This document shows positions 35,201 through 46,295 of a DNA stretch of 64,000 nt, piece after piece (positions within the stretch are counted from its first letter, which is position 1; each line of letters starts with the position of its first letter). This stretch comes from a virus: the IMG/VR virus record IMGVR_UViG_3300021962_000058, positions 1 through 64,000 of that record; one strand, 5' to 3'. Under the pieces are notes generated by a model. That model had not been told where the DNA came from. It was given only the letters and a program-made list of their open reading frames with translations, and ran no database searches. The translations under genes were made by a program, and so were the position numbers.

Positions 35201-38200
35201 AACAGGTACAGCAATTGTGGGTCTATCTACCCTTAATAGTTATTCTGTTGATGTAGTTAATACTGATAGTTTTAAACTTATTAATGTTGGAATTGGTGCA
35301 ACATTCCAAGATGACCTTGCCAAAAATAAACACGTTTCCTTACAATCAACAGGATCTGGATATCATATTTTTGAATATCCACCTATTACAATAACGGCAA
35401 ACGTTTCTTACGGATCAACTTTTACAGGTTCTTTTAATTTTACTCCAATAGTTACTGGAAGCATCGTTGATGCATACCTATATGAAAGTGGATCTGGATA
35501 TGGATCAACTACTTTAAATCTACACAAAAAACCAACAGTTACAGTCAAAAATGGAAAAAATGCCGAACTAAAACCAATCATATCTAATGGTAGAGTAATA
35601 GAAGTACAAATATTAAGTTCTGGATATGATTATTACTCCATACCTGAAATTTCTGTTCAGGGAAACGGGTCTGGTGCGATTATTAGACCAGTTATTTCAA
35701 ATGGATTAATTGTTGATGCGATTGTATTAAATCAGGGAATTGGATATGATTCCTTAACTACAACAATTAATGTTATTCCAAGAGGATCTGGTGCTATTTT
35801 TGATTTAAGAGTTAGAGATCTTACTCTAAATGATGCTGAAAGATATGCAAAGCACGCTAGAACAAGAACTCCAAAGATATTTTCAAGTCTGACTAATAAT
35901 AAAAAAGACGACTCTTTGGTATATGGAATTTATGGATATTCACAAGATTTGGCAAATAATTATCTTGATACTGGAAATTCACACTCACCGATTATAGGAT
36001 GGGCATATGATGGAAATCCAATATATGGTCCATATGGATATTCTAAACCAGATGATGTTCAGTCTGGAGTTAGACTTATAAATTCAAGTTATGTTTTAGA
36101 TCCATCTTCTGTTTTTGATAGACCTCCTTCTTTCCCATCAGGATTTTTTATCGATGATTATCGTTATGCAAGTAATGGAGACCTTGATGTGCATAATGGA
36201 AGATTTTGCAAAACACCAGAATTCCCTAAAGGAATATATGCATATTTTGCATCTGTTAAAACAAGTAGTCTATCCAATACATTAGAACCTGGATATCCCT
36301 ATTTCATAGGTAATACTTTTAAGTCAACTTTTATTGAAGAAAATTCTTATCTTGACCATTCATTTGACTTCAATAACTCAAATCTTATTAGAAATACTTA
36401 TCCATATAAAATTAATGATAGATACGCTGGTTATGATTTTCTATTAGAACCATATGAAAGATTTTCGCAAGTATCTGTTGTAGAATCTGTCAGTAAAGGT
36501 TTTGTAAAAGATATTAAGGTTAATGACGGTGGATCTGGTTATAATATAGGTGATCGAGTTATCTTTGACGAATCTAATACGGGTGGATATGGACTAAGAG
36601 CAGAAGTTTCAGAACTAATTGGAAAAAATGTTACAAAGATAGAAACAAGTTTAGAATCATATACACCATGTGTCCTTGTTTGGGATGATGATAATTATAT
36701 TTCAGCTTATTACAGACCTGGATTTAATTTAAGAGATAATGATACTGTTTTAGTTGGAAGCATTTCAACTTCCATCAGTGATGTTCTTGGATCTAAAAAA
36801 GTAGGATTCAGCACGCAAACTATCGGACTTGCTGCGTCTATGACTAGTTACTCTGATCCATCCGGTAAAGTAGAAGATATTTTTACAAGTTCAAGTGCCA
36901 CTATTTCTATCGGAAATAGTATTTCCATTCAATCCGGTTTGGGTAGTGAAATTATAAGAGTGCTTAATGTATATGATAATGGAATACTTAGAGTAAAAAG
37001 ATTTGGTACTACTGGTGTAGCACACTCTTTTGGAACTCAACTTAATATTTTAAGTGATAAAATTAAAATACCTGCCAAGACTACAAAATTTACCTCAGAA
37101 GTAGATAATTTAATCTACTTTAATGCAAAAAATTCAGTGGGAATTGGAACAACTCTTGGCGGCGCGGTATCGAAAACATTTACGATAGGTGGTATTTCAC
37201 AAACAATTTCTATTCCATATAGAAGCATTTACATACCCAATCATCCATTTAAAACTGGTCAAAGACTAACCTTTGAAAAATCAACCTATCCAGGCATTGA
37301 TTCTTTAATAGTTGGTGATAATCCATCCAATTTAAATACTTTCCAAATTCCAGATGCAACTTCATCTGTTTATGTCATTAATAAAGGAAAAAATTATATT
37401 GGATTAGTAACTCAGGTTGGATTGACAACTAATAGTGAAGGACTATTTTTCTACAGTGATGGATCTAATAATTCCGAATATTCACTAGAAACAAACTTAA
37501 CTCAAATTACAGCAGAAATTAGTAAAGTTGTCTCCACAATAAGTGTTGGACAGACTCATGGGTTATCAGAATTTGATACTATCAAATTGAACGTGGTTCC
37601 AAATACTGTTGTTGGACTTGGTACAACTGGACCAGTTTCTGTTAAATTTAATGAATTTGGTAAAAAACTCCTGATTAATTCTATCGGTATTAATTCTTCA
37701 CAAATTAATACTGTTACCAACACTATTACCATTCCAAATCATGGGTACAATACAGGTGATAAGGTGTTTTATGATAGTGCAGAAGTTGCTTCTGGACTAT
37801 CAACAGGATCTTACTTTGTAGTTAAGACAGGAACAAATACGTTTAAGTTAGCAGAAACTCTATATGAATCCCAACCAGAAACAGAAAATGTAGTAAACAT
37901 TGTTGGAACAGGAGCATCAGTTCATAACATTGGTCTCATTAATCCCCAAATTAATGTTGTTAGAAATTCTACTTTAAAATTTGACATTTCCGACTCATCT
38001 TTACGAGGATATAATTTTAAGATTTATCAGGATAAAGAATTTAAAAATGAATTTTTATCAACTACTGATAACAATGATTTTAATGTAACTGGAATTGGAA
38101 CAATTGGTTTTGGAACAGCATCATTGTCAATTAAGTACACCCAAAATGTTCCATCAAAATTATATTATACGTTAAAAAAATCAGGATACATTAGCACTGC

Positions 38201-41200
38201 AGATAACTATTTTTCGAATCATTCAGAAATTAATTATGTCAACAGTGAGTACAATGGAACATATTCCGTTTTTGGAATATCGACAAGTAGTTTTAAAATT
38301 ACACCTACAAGAGTTCCAAGTGTATTAACTTATACTAGTGATCAAGTAGAAAAAATAGAGTATTCAACTAAATCATCAACTGCTCTTAATGGTTCTATTG
38401 GAAAACTCAAGATTATTTCCGAAGGATTTGGATTCAAAAAACTTCCAAAATTTGTTGAAGTAATTAGTAATAAAGGTTCTGATGCTAATTTAGTTGCGAT
38501 ATCTACAGATATTGGAAAAATTAAAGAAACCAGATTTAAAGCAATTGCATATGAGTATCCATCTGACAAGACTTTAAATCCAGAAGCAGTTGTTTCTCCA
38601 ATCATTACTTTGGATAATTTTGATACAATAGGAGAAATAGATATCGTTTCTGGTGGATCAAGATATGTCAATGCACCTGATCTGTTACTATTTGATGATA
38701 CAACTAAACAAGTTGTAGATAGATTATCTTTAATTGCAGTAACTCCAAGTGGAGCAATTGCGGATGTAACACAAGTAGCACCAATATATGGATTAAAATC
38801 TAATCCACATAAAATAATTGCAATTAATAATTCAAATGGTGTTGGTATAAGTTCAATGGTTACCGATAGTACTTCGGGAATTGCCACTTGTACATTGTCA
38901 ACTCCAATTCTTGGATTCTCTTCTCCATTGTTTAATGTTGGTGATGAAATTTATGTAGAAGGAATACAACTTGTAAATGGTTCGACTGGAACAGGATATA
39001 ATTCTGATAACTATGGATATAGATTTTTCAAAGTTGCTTCTTACACTAATACAAATCCTGCAATATTATCTTTTGCTGTTGTAGATGAACTAGGTGTTGG
39101 ACTATCAACAAATCCAGGAATAGCTAAAACTTTCCAGTCTGGATATGCAACTATTATAAACAAAAAACATTATCCAGTAATTAATGTTATCAAGAAGAGA
39201 GGTAAATTCTTAGATAATGAGCAACTTTTTGTTGATAGTGGCAGAGGATTTTTGGAAGAAGATCTTCATGTTAAGAGTTCCAGAGATGAATTCATTAAAG
39301 TAACTGGAACATATAATTTAAAACCAGGTAATAAAGTTAGGGGAAGATCGACAGGAGTAGTTGCAGAAGTTGTTTCATCGTCCGCAAATACATCCAAATT
39401 TAGATACAAAATCGATTATTCTACAAAACAAAACATTGGATGGTCCGATGATGTTGGCAAGATTAGTGAGGATTATCAGGTAACCCCAGACAATGATTAT
39501 TATCAGAATTTATCATACACAATTAAGAGTCCTATAACTTGGGATAAGTTATCAGGACCAGTGAACAGTATTATACACCCTGCTGGACTCAAAAATTTTG
39601 CAGATGTTGGTATAGTATCATCGACAGGTGCAATTGGTCTTTCTGGAACAACAAACAGTTTAGTCATACTTGATGTTATTGAAGAGAAACGGGTAGATAC
39701 TATTAATAATTTTGATAATACCGTAGATTATGATGTTAGAACTAATCCAGATAGATCAAAATATTTAAAACTACAAAATAGAAAGTTAACAGACTACACA
39801 GAATGTAGAACTAATAGAGTGATTATTCACGATGATATTAGTAATAGATTTTCAAGTAGAGGATTTGAGGATCCTTTTGTAGAAATTGAAGAGATTGATG
39901 TCGCAGATACTCACGTTAGATATGTTATTCAGGTTGTAGACCCTGATACCTTCGAATGTCAAATATCAGAATTGGTATTACAGACAACTACCCTTGATTC
40001 TATATTATTTGAAAAATACACAGAATATTCAAAAGAAATTTTAGGATATTTCAGTGCCAATGTAGATCTTTCTGGAAGAAAAACATTAGTCTTCACTCCA
40101 ACAAACAGATTTACACGAGATCATGATATCAAAATTTTAAAGAAAACTTTTGATTTCGGTCCTTCGTCTGGAATTGGAACTCAAAGTTTTGGTTCTGTCA
40201 ATTTGATAGGAAGTAATATTATTGGAATTTCTAGTATTGGTGGTACTGATAATGTAAAAACTATTGCTCAATTTTCGTCTAATAATTTTAATGGATTATT
40301 TGCAAACATTGAAATAATTAATAATATTACCAGAGAAGTAAATTATATTGATGCTACTTTAGATTTTGATGGATCAAATACATATCTTAGTGAGTATTAT
40401 TTTGATAGTGCTCTCCAAGGTTACAGTTCTTCATCAATTGGATTAGTAACTGCAATCTATGATTCAACATCAGGAATAGTTTCTTTCAGAGTAAGAAATG
40501 AAGAGGATTATACAATTGATGTCAGGACAAGTATTGTTGGATTTGGCAGTACAGGTTCTGGTGGTTCTGGTATTGGAACATATAGATTTTTAGTTCCTGG
40601 ACAACCATATGGTTCCGAAAGGAGTGCAAGATTAGAATCAACGGTTGGATTTGGTACAAATAAAGTAAGAGTAGGAATATTTGAATCTGATCTCATTTCA
40701 TCATTAACATCTATTGTTAGAGTTTCTTGTGGAAATAGTTCAGCAATACATCAAGTTTCCTTAGTAAAGGGTGGGCAAGATATCATTGTTTCTCCTGGAC
40801 CATTTGCTGCAACAAACAATACAACTGGTTTAGGAACTTTTGGATCTGAAGTTATTGGAAATCAATTCTTATTGAATTTCTACCCAGATTTTTCAAATAC
40901 AAACAATACTATTCAAGCATTTAATGAAGTTTTCTACACATTCAGTGATTTTGAAAATGCACCTATTGATTTAAATTACGGTAAGAGTTCTCAAAAAGTA
41001 TTCCTTTCAGCTTATGATGGTATCAATGGAGCTCGTGCAAATAAAGTCAATTTTAACTTGACACATAATGGCAGACCGATTTATAAAAAAGTTTTCAATC
41101 CTTCTGATTCTACCGTAGTTGATTTTGCAACTGGTATTTTCACCATTATTGATCACATGTTTAATACTGGTGAAGAACTAATTTATACTCCAAAATCATC

Positions 41201-44200
41201 ATTTATTGGAGTTGGTCAAAGCGCAATAGGAATAGGATCAACTGCAAATTACTTGGGTATTGTTACTAATAGGTTGCCTGAAAGAGTATATCCAATTGCT
41301 CTTACACCAGACACATTTAAACTAGCAACTAGAAGATCTTATGCAAATCTAGGAATTGCTGTCACTTTTACTGATGCTGGATTAGGTAATGCTCATGAAT
41401 TTGAAATGACAAAGAAACTATCAAAGAGTGTAGTTTCTCTGGATGGAATAGTACAGCAACCGATTACATTTACTCCAATATCTCACACACTTCAATATAA
41501 TAGTGGTTCTATTTCTGTCGGCATAGCAACTTTCAATCTTAGTGGAATAACTTCTATTCAACCAAGAGACTTGATAAAAATTGATGATGAATATATGAAA
41601 GTTGTTGAAGTTGGTTTTAGCACTAATGTTGGCGGAGCTCTTCTTGGACCAATTAATGGTATTATTCAAGCAGGAACAGCAGCAACTATTCCAACAATTT
41701 CTGTTGTAAGAGCTTCTGTTGGTAGTGCTGCAACCACTCATAGTGATGGTGCCAATGTTCAAGTTTATAGAGGATCATTTAATATTATTGGTTCTGAAAT
41801 TTGGTTTATTGATCCACCAAAAGGTAACACAAGATCAAGAAGAGACGAAAGTAATCTACCATATGTAAGAGCTCAATATGCAGGAAGAACTTTCCTGAGA
41901 TCAAACTATGATACTAATATGGTATTTGATGATATTTCTGATCAATTTACTGGTATAGGTAAAACATATACAATGACAGTTGAAGGTATTAATACCACCG
42001 GTGTTTCCATTGGAAATGGTATACTCTTTATTAATGGAGTTTTCCAAACACCAACTACTATTAATAATTCTGGAAATAATTATGAATTCCAAAATGACAA
42101 TATTGCCGGAATTTCTAGTGTTGTATTTACTGGAATTACATCAATAGATGGTACTTATATTAAATCAGATTTTGATATCAACCAAAATCAACTACCAAGA
42201 GGTGGATTAATTGTATCACTCGGTTCTACACCTGGTCTTGGATATGCACCACTATTGGGTGCAAAGGTTAGAGCAAATCTTGATGGATCTGGTTCTATCG
42301 TAAGTATTACTGGAATTTCCCACACTGGTCCGGGTCAATCAATTAGTACTGCATCATATAATAATCAAACTGGTATTGTTGAAATTACAACAACTACTGA
42401 TCACAACTTTGTTGGTGGAGATAGAATTAAGTTAGTTGGATTAGGATTTACTTGCCCATCTGGAGCTGGAATAGTATCTTACTTCCCATCAACAGGACTA
42501 GATTATTCTTATGATATTGCTGGTATTATATCGGCAAGAACTTTCATTGCAAAAGTAGGAACTAGCACTTTACCCCATTCTTATATTGGATTTGGAACCG
42601 TATTCCCATGGTATGACTTAACAGAAGGTTCTGGATATAGAAGTCCAGTTTCTATTGGAATTACAGATCCTAATCATACTGGTGCGGCGGCAAGTATTAC
42701 TGCGGTTGTTGGTGCTGGTGGAACACTTGGATTTATAGTTAATAGTGGTGGATCTGGATATGTTAATCCTTATATTAAAATTCCTGAACCAAATTATGAA
42801 AATATTCAAGTTGTTGGTGTTTCAAGAGTTGGAGTAGGTTCAACATCCAAAACTGGATCTAATTTACTATTAAACATTAAAATTGGACCTGCACGTGGAA
42901 ACGTTGGAATTGGATCTACATTAGGAGGAATCTCATATGGTGCAGATCCACAATTTGAATTACAAAGACGTGCAAGCACTGATGTAAAACAAACCGATAT
43001 ATCTTATAGTGTTGGAACTGGATCAACTCTATTCCAAGTTGAATCATTTGAAATTGCAAGAAATGGTTATGCATTCCAAGTTGGAGATGTTTTCAAACCA
43101 ATCGGTCTTGTAACTGCAAAGGGACTATCAGAACCAATATCTGAGTTTAAATTAGAAGTAGTAGAGACATTCCAGGATTATTTCTCTGCTTGGTCTTTTG
43201 GTGAAATGAATTATATTGACAGTACAGCAAGCCTACAAAATGGATCTAGAACTAGATTCCCACTGATTTATAACGGACAATTATTAAGTTTTGAAATTGA
43301 TCCTAATAATCCACTTTCTAGTTCAATTGACTTAGACGCTGTTCTGATCATCTTTGTTAATGGTGTAATACAAGAACCAGGATATGCCTATAAGTTTATA
43401 GGAGGAACTTCATTTGAATTCACTGAGGCACCAAAGGCATCTGATAAAGTAGATATTTTCTTCTATCTTGGTCAAAATGGAGTTGATATTACCTTTATTG
43501 ATGTCAATGAAACAATTAAAATTGGTGATGAAGTTTTTGTTGGAAAACATCCAAACTATCAATTAATTCCTGTACAAGATAGAGATAGAACTATTTTAGA
43601 TATTACTGGATCAGACATTATTGAAACTGATAATTATGTTGGTTTCGGAATTAATGAATCTGATTTCAGGCCAATAGAGTGGACAAAACAAAAGAAAGAC
43701 AAGTACATTAAAGGTGATGTTGTTTACAAATCAAGAGATTCAATTGAACCATTTATTTACCCAACAGCGAAAATTATAGGAAATATTGATTCTGCAAGTT
43801 CTCAGATATTTGTAGATGATGCTCAATTCTTTAATTTTGAAGAAAATAATTATGGAATTACTATAACTTCATTTGATGCTTTAATTGTCGATTCAAACGA
43901 TCCAGTTTCCGCAGCATTTACTGCAACAGTTTCTATTGCTGGAACTATTTCAAATATTACAATTACAAATGCTGGACTAGGTTATTCAACAGCGACAATT
44001 CCAGTTAAAATTTCAGCTCCACCATTAATTGGTGTTGGTGTTGGAACAACGGCAACTGCAACAGCAACTATTTCTAACGGTAGCGTGGTATCCGTCTCAA
44101 TCTCTAATCCTGGACTTGGATATACTATTGCTCCTAAATTGATAGCGGAAATTCCCAAATCAAAAACTGAACTTATTAAAACAGTTGCAAATGTTCAAGG

Positions 44201-44708
44201 ATTTTCTGGAATTATTACTGGCATTACTACAACAACAGGTATTGGTGGACATCCATTAGCACTAAAAATTAATTTCCGTGCAAATGCGTCAGATGCAAAT
44301 GATCTTCAAGTAGGTTATCCAATACTTGTATACAATACGAAAGTTGGAAATGGAGTAACTTCAGTAGATAGTGGAAACACATCTATTGTAGGAATAGGAA
44401 CTAGTTTCCTTGACAATGTTTACATTGTTAATTCGAAAACAAATGCTGGACCAAACGCAGAAATAATCTGCAATATACATAGTTCGACTACTATTTCTGG
44501 AATTCCAACAACAGGATCTTTAACTTTACCATTAGGAAACATTTCTTGGGGTAGAATTTACAATTTCAGTTCTAGGGTGAATCCAGTTTCTATTGGAGTT
44601 ACTGGTTTGACTGTGGATTCTGGTCTTTCCACTTTCCCAACAATTCAAAGGAGAACTTTTGGATTGAGAAATAGTGGTGCGATCAGAAAACTTTCCAATC
44701 TTCCTTAA
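32205..44708 (+). CDS. gp7: giant baseplate wedge initiator / virion structural protein (gp7-like, 4167 aa)
   Basis: Position between gp6 and gp8; QLPEF, FYQSKG..S..ILF, YYQ.LSY.IKS, HPAG motifs; GxGY repeats. Confidence 0.75.
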   Translation: MSNFEKRVQINKIIESQLPEFLVSDFPKAVEFLRQYYISEEFQGGNVDLADNLDQYLKLDNLVPEVIVGETKLTSNISASAGIVTVTSTKGFPSEYGLLKIDNEIITYTGITTNTFTGCIRGFSGVTGYNYLSKFDIDDGSNKKSLVFEDTDSSSHTSGSTVKNLSVLFLQEFYKKLKYTFTPGLENNDFVSDLDVGNFIKHARDFYQSKGIEESVKILFKVLYGVNADVIDLESRLIKPSSANYIRREIVTAKNISGDPLKLEGQTIFKSSDINTNAAVSNVEILTRDNETFYKLELFVGYDEKDLINGTFTVPGKTKVLENVSIGSSIISVDSTIGFSESGTLNLISSGNSIKYTSKSVNQFFGCSGVVSLIPLGSDLRSDETIYGYENGNINKRVDLRITGVISDLVSVDDSLLIDEGEEILVRNLGNIIENPPNGEKTYKEVFANTWIYNTSTRYQVRSIVGSTFTLYSYIDKSSLSVGDNVDILVRSSNTVVFSNATVTSINTAVNQIILSGITGFTPQPLVEYDIRRKIKKSSSLNVNIDAGNNSYISNVLNLYTDKEYGYVVSNSLPSYQINDELIESSIPNGSTLYLSGSNDDRKAYSSIKFPQNVRFIDGDIVIYTSSQPLNGLTSGSKYYVRLLQPNEIRLYESRSLLDAVNLTDISGNVIVPYLFFGNTQSLNTSSHRFTLAKQENRNISANKILRKFPLQSTKINNSEPVKRSIETISGGIGVLIDGVEITNPESIEKIYYGPLKQFDVLNSGNNYDIVNPPKIVISTGAGTTALVEPVINGNVKNVFVDVQDFDVDDVVSISLTGANGSGCILEPVIGERFREVEFDSRSLNVGGGVDISDETITFLKPHNFYDGEPIIYNQNGNPAILTGSFQDISNTVTGSLVTNDQYIAKFVNTRTIRLFNNINDFNAGINTVGFSTLTTFGGIHKFRTLPRRTLRSVKVLNGGSGYTYRKLRVKPTGISTDYSTVNYENHGFSTGEVIHYSTTGTAIVGLSTLNSYSVDVVNTDSFKLINVGIGATFQDDLAKNKHVSLQSTGSGYHIFEYPPITITANVSYGSTFTGSFNFTPIVTGSIVDAYLYESGSGYGSTTLNLHKKPTVTVKNGKNAELKPIISNGRVIEVQILSSGYDYYSIPEISVQGNGSGAIIRPVISNGLIVDAIVLNQGIGYDSLTTTINVIPRGSGAIFDLRVRDLTLNDAERYAKHARTRTPKIFSSLTNNKKDDSLVYGIYGYSQDLANNYLDTGNSHSPIIGWAYDGNPIYGPYGYSKPDDVQSGVRLINSSYVLDPSSVFDRPPSFPSGFFIDDYRYASNGDLDVHNGRFCKTPEFPKGIYAYFASVKTSSLSNTLEPGYPYFIGNTFKSTFIEENSYLDHSFDFNNSNLIRNTYPYKINDRYAGYDFLLEPYERFSQVSVVESVSKGFVKDIKVNDGGSGYNIGDRVIFDESNTGGYGLRAEVSELIGKNVTKIETSLESYTPCVLVWDDDNYISAYYRPGFNLRDNDTVLVGSISTSISDVLGSKKVGFSTQTIGLAASMTSYSDPSGKVEDIFTSSSATISIGNSISIQSGLGSEIIRVLNVYDNGILRVKRFGTTGVAHSFGTQLNILSDKIKIPAKTTKFTSEVDNLIYFNAKNSVGIGTTLGGAVSKTFTIGGISQTISIPYRSIYIPNHPFKTGQRLTFEKSTYPGIDSLIVGDNPSNLNTFQIPDATSSVYVINKGKNYIGLVTQVGLTTNSEGLFFYSDGSNNSEYSLETNLTQITAEISKVVSTISVGQTHGLSEFDTIKLNVVPNTVVGLGTTGPVSVKFNEFGKKLLINSIGINSSQINTVTNTITIPNHGYNTGDKVFYDSAEVASGLSTGSYFVVKTGTNTFKLAETLYESQPETENVVNIVGTGASVHNIGLINPQINVVRNSTLKFDISDSSLRGYNFKIYQDKEFKNEFLSTTDNNDFNVTGIGTIGFGTASLSIKYTQNVPSKLYYTLKKSGYISTADNYFSNHSEINYVNSEYNGTYSVFGISTSSFKITPTRVPSVLTYTSDQVEKIEYSTKSSTALNGSIGKLKIISEGFGFKKLPKFVEVISNKGSDANLVAISTDIGKIKETRFKAIAYEYPSDKTLNPEAVVSPIITLDNFDTIGEIDIVSGGSRYVNAPDLLLFDDTTKQVVDRLSLIAVTPSGAIADVTQVAPIYGLKSNPHKIIAINNSNGVGISSMVTDSTSGIATCTLSTPILGFSSPLFNVGDEIYVEGIQLVNGSTGTGYNSDNYGYRFFKVASYTNTNPAILSFAVVDELGVGLSTNPGIAKTFQSGYATIINKKHYPVINVIKKRGKFLDNEQLFVDSGRGFLEEDLHVKSSRDEFIKVTGTYNLKPGNKVRGRSTGVVAEVVSSSANTSKFRYKIDYSTKQNIGWSDDVGKISEDYQVTPDNDYYQNLSYTIKSPITWDKLSGPVNSIIHPAGLKNFADVGIVSSTGAIGLSGTTNSLVILDVIEEKRVDTINNFDNTVDYDVRTNPDRSKYLKLQNRKLTDYTECRTNRVIIHDDISNRFSSRGFEDPFVEIEEIDVADTHVRYVIQVVDPDTFECQISELVLQTTTLDSILFEKYTEYSKEILGYFSANVDLSGRKTLVFTPTNRFTRDHDIKILKKTFDFGPSSGIGTQSFGSVNLIGSNIIGISSIGGTDNVKTIAQFSSNNFNGLFANIEIINNITREVNYIDATLDFDGSNTYLSEYYFDSALQGYSSSSIGLVTAIYDSTSGIVSFRVRNEEDYTIDVRTSIVGFGSTGSGGSGIGTYRFLVPGQPYGSERSARLESTVGFGTNKVRVGIFESDLISSLTSIVRVSCGNSSAIHQVSLVKGGQDIIVSPGPFAATNNTTGLGTFGSEVIGNQFLLNFYPDFSNTNNTIQAFNEVFYTFSDFENAPIDLNYGKSSQKVFLSAYDGINGARANKVNFNLTHNGRPIYKKVFNPSDSTVVDFATGIFTIIDHMFNTGEELIYTPKSSFIGVGQSAIGIGSTANYLGIVTNRLPERVYPIALTPDTFKLATRRSYANLGIAVTFTDAGLGNAHEFEMTKKLSKSVVSLDGIVQQPITFTPISHTLQYNSGSISVGIATFNLSGITSIQPRDLIKIDDEYMKVVEVGFSTNVGGALLGPINGIIQAGTAATIPTISVVRASVGSAATTHSDGANVQVYRGSFNIIGSEIWFIDPPKGNTRSRRDESNLPYVRAQYAGRTFLRSNYDTNMVFDDISDQFTGIGKTYTMTVEGINTTGVSIGNGILFINGVFQTPTTINNSGNNYEFQNDNIAGISSVVFTGITSIDGTYIKSDFDINQNQLPRGGLIVSLGSTPGLGYAPLLGAKVRANLDGSGSIVSITGISHTGPGQSISTASYNNQTGIVEITTTTDHNFVGGDRIKLVGLGFTCPSGAGIVSYFPSTGLDYSYDIAGIISARTFIAKVGTSTLPHSYIGFGTVFPWYDLTEGSGYRSPVSIGITDPNHTGAAASITAVVGAGGTLGFIVNSGGSGYVNPYIKIPEPNYENIQVVGVSRVGVGSTSKTGSNLLLNIKIGPARGNVGIGSTLGGISYGADPQFELQRRASTDVKQTDISYSVGTGSTLFQVESFEIARNGYAFQVGDVFKPIGLVTAKGLSEPISEFKLEVVETFQDYFSAWSFGEMNYIDSTASLQNGSRTRFPLIYNGQLLSFEIDPNNPLSSSIDLDAVLIIFVNGVIQEPGYAYKFIGGTSFEFTEAPKASDKVDIFFYLGQNGVDITFIDVNETIKIGDEVFVGKHPNYQLIPVQDRDRTILDITGSDIIETDNYVGFGINESDFRPIEWTKQKKDKYIKGDVVYKSRDSIEPFIYPTAKIIGNIDSASSQIFVDDAQFFNFEENNYGITITSFDALIVDSNDPVSAAFTATVSIAGTISNITITNAGLGYSTATIPVKISAPPLIGVGVGTTATATATISNGSVVSVSISNPGLGYTIAPKLIAEIPKSKTELIKTVANVQGFSGIITGITTTTGIGGHPLALKINFRANASDANDLQVGYPILVYNTKVGNGVTSVDSGNTSIVGIGTSFLDNVYIVNSKTNAGPNAEIICNIHSSTTISGIPTTGSLTLPLGNISWGRIYNFSSRVNPVSIGVTGLTVDSGLSTFPTIQRRTFGLRNSGAIRKLSNLP

Positions 44709-44713
44709 TGGGA

Positions 44714-44721
44714 TATAAATA
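44714..44721 (+). promoter_or_regulatory. T4-type late promoter
   Basis: TATAAATA shortly before the gp8 start. Confidence 0.85.
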
Positions 44722-44738
44722 CATAAAAAAGTTTAAAA

Positions 44739-46292
44739 ATGTCCGCAATTGTTACTGATCAATTCAGAATTTTGAATGCTGGTAATTTTGTAGATTCTGT
44801 TGGGTCTATGACCAATTCATATTATGTTACTGTCGGATTACCTAATCCTACTGTGGTGGGGTTTGGCAGATCTACTGCCTGGAATACAAATACTCCGGCA
44901 CCAATTGATAATTTATCATATTTGAGTCATTATGGAGATACAATTTTATACGGTAAAAAAATAACCTCAGAAAATATTAGAAGAATAATCAGAAGAATTC
45001 AGTGGACTCCTGGAAGCAGATACGAAATGTATCGAGATGATTATAGTATTGTCAATCCAAGCCCTCTGACAAATTCTTCTAGATTATATGATGCAAATTA
45101 TTATGTAATGAACCAAGATTATAGAGTTTACATATGTATAGAGAATGGTTCTAGCGGTTCTAATACACGTGGTAACGTTTCTCAGGATGAACCAACGTTT
45201 ACCGATTTGGAGCCATCAAGAGCTGGTACTAGTGGTGATGGGTATGTATGGAAATATCTATTCTCAGTTTCCCCAAGTGATGTTGTTAAGTTTGATTCGA
45301 CAGAATATATAACTGTTCCTAATAATTGGTTGTCTTCTACAAACTCTCAGATACAGGCAATTAGGGAATCTGGTGATTCAACTTTAAATAATAACCAAAT
45401 TAAAACAGTTTATATTGAAAAATCAGGTTCGAACTACTCTAACGGATTGGGTCAAGAACTATCAATCATTGGTGATGGTACGGGTGGTAGAGTAAGGGTT
45501 GATGTTGAAAATGGTAAGATAACGAATACGATAGTAACTTCTGGCGGCAGAGATTATAGTTATGCTCTGGTTGATCTTGGATCAATAAACATAAACTCAG
45601 TTGGAACTAGTGCAAAGTTAGTTCCAATTATACCTCCGTCAAGAGGACATGGATATGATATTTACAATGAATTAGGAACCGATAGGGTATTAATTTATGC
45701 AAGATTTGACGATTCAACAAAGGATTTTCCAGTAGATACTAGTTTTGCACAAGTATCGATCATAAAAAATCCAACCTCAATAGGTTCAACATCAGTTTAT
45801 AATGGAGACACTTTCACTAGTTTATCATCATTAAAGTTCTCACTGATTTCTGGTACTCCAACAATTGGTGAAAAAATAGAACAAATTGTTACTGGTGGAA
45901 GAGCATATGGTTATGTTGCTTCGTGGGATACTGAAACAAAGGTTCTAAAATATTTTCAGGATAGATCACTTTATTATAACCAGACAACACTTGATCAACA
46001 AGATTATGTTGGAATTTCCACAAATGGAAGACCATTTGCATTCGAATCATCATCGAACCAAATTCTTGGAAAATCTTCTGGATTTTCAGCCTCTATTGAT
46101 ACTCAATTTGATGGTAGAACAACTAATCCAACAGGATCAAAATTAATTGATCTTGGTGTCAATTTCCAAGATGGATTAGCAGGACCTGAAATAAATAAAG
46201 GATCAGGCGATGTAATTTACGTTGATAATCGCCCAACAATTAGTAGAAATTCGCGCCAAAAAGAAGACATTAAAATTGTACTGGAATTTTAA
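44739..46292 (+). CDS. gp8: baseplate wedge subunit gp8
   Basis: YYVMN..Y.VY.C..N, DGYVWKYL, R...QKEDIKIVLEF. Confidence 0.9.
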   Translation: MSAIVTDQFRILNAGNFVDSVGSMTNSYYVTVGLPNPTVVGFGRSTAWNTNTPAPIDNLSYLSHYGDTILYGKKITSENIRRIIRRIQWTPGSRYEMYRDDYSIVNPSPLTNSSRLYDANYYVMNQDYRVYICIENGSSGSNTRGNVSQDEPTFTDLEPSRAGTSGDGYVWKYLFSVSPSDVVKFDSTEYITVPNNWLSSTNSQIQAIRESGDSTLNNNQIKTVYIEKSGSNYSNGLGQELSIIGDGTGGRVRVDVENGKITNTIVTSGGRDYSYALVDLGSININSVGTSAKLVPIIPPSRGHGYDIYNELGTDRVLIYARFDDSTKDFPVDTSFAQVSIIKNPTSIGSTSVYNGDTFTSLSSLKFSLISGTPTIGEKIEQIVTGGRAYGYVASWDTETKVLKYFQDRSLYYNQTTLDQQDYVGISTNGRPFAFESSSNQILGKSSGFSASIDTQFDGRTTNPTGSKLIDLGVNFQDGLAGPEINKGSGDVIYVDNRPTISRNSRQKEDIKIVLEF

Positions 46293-46295
46293 AAA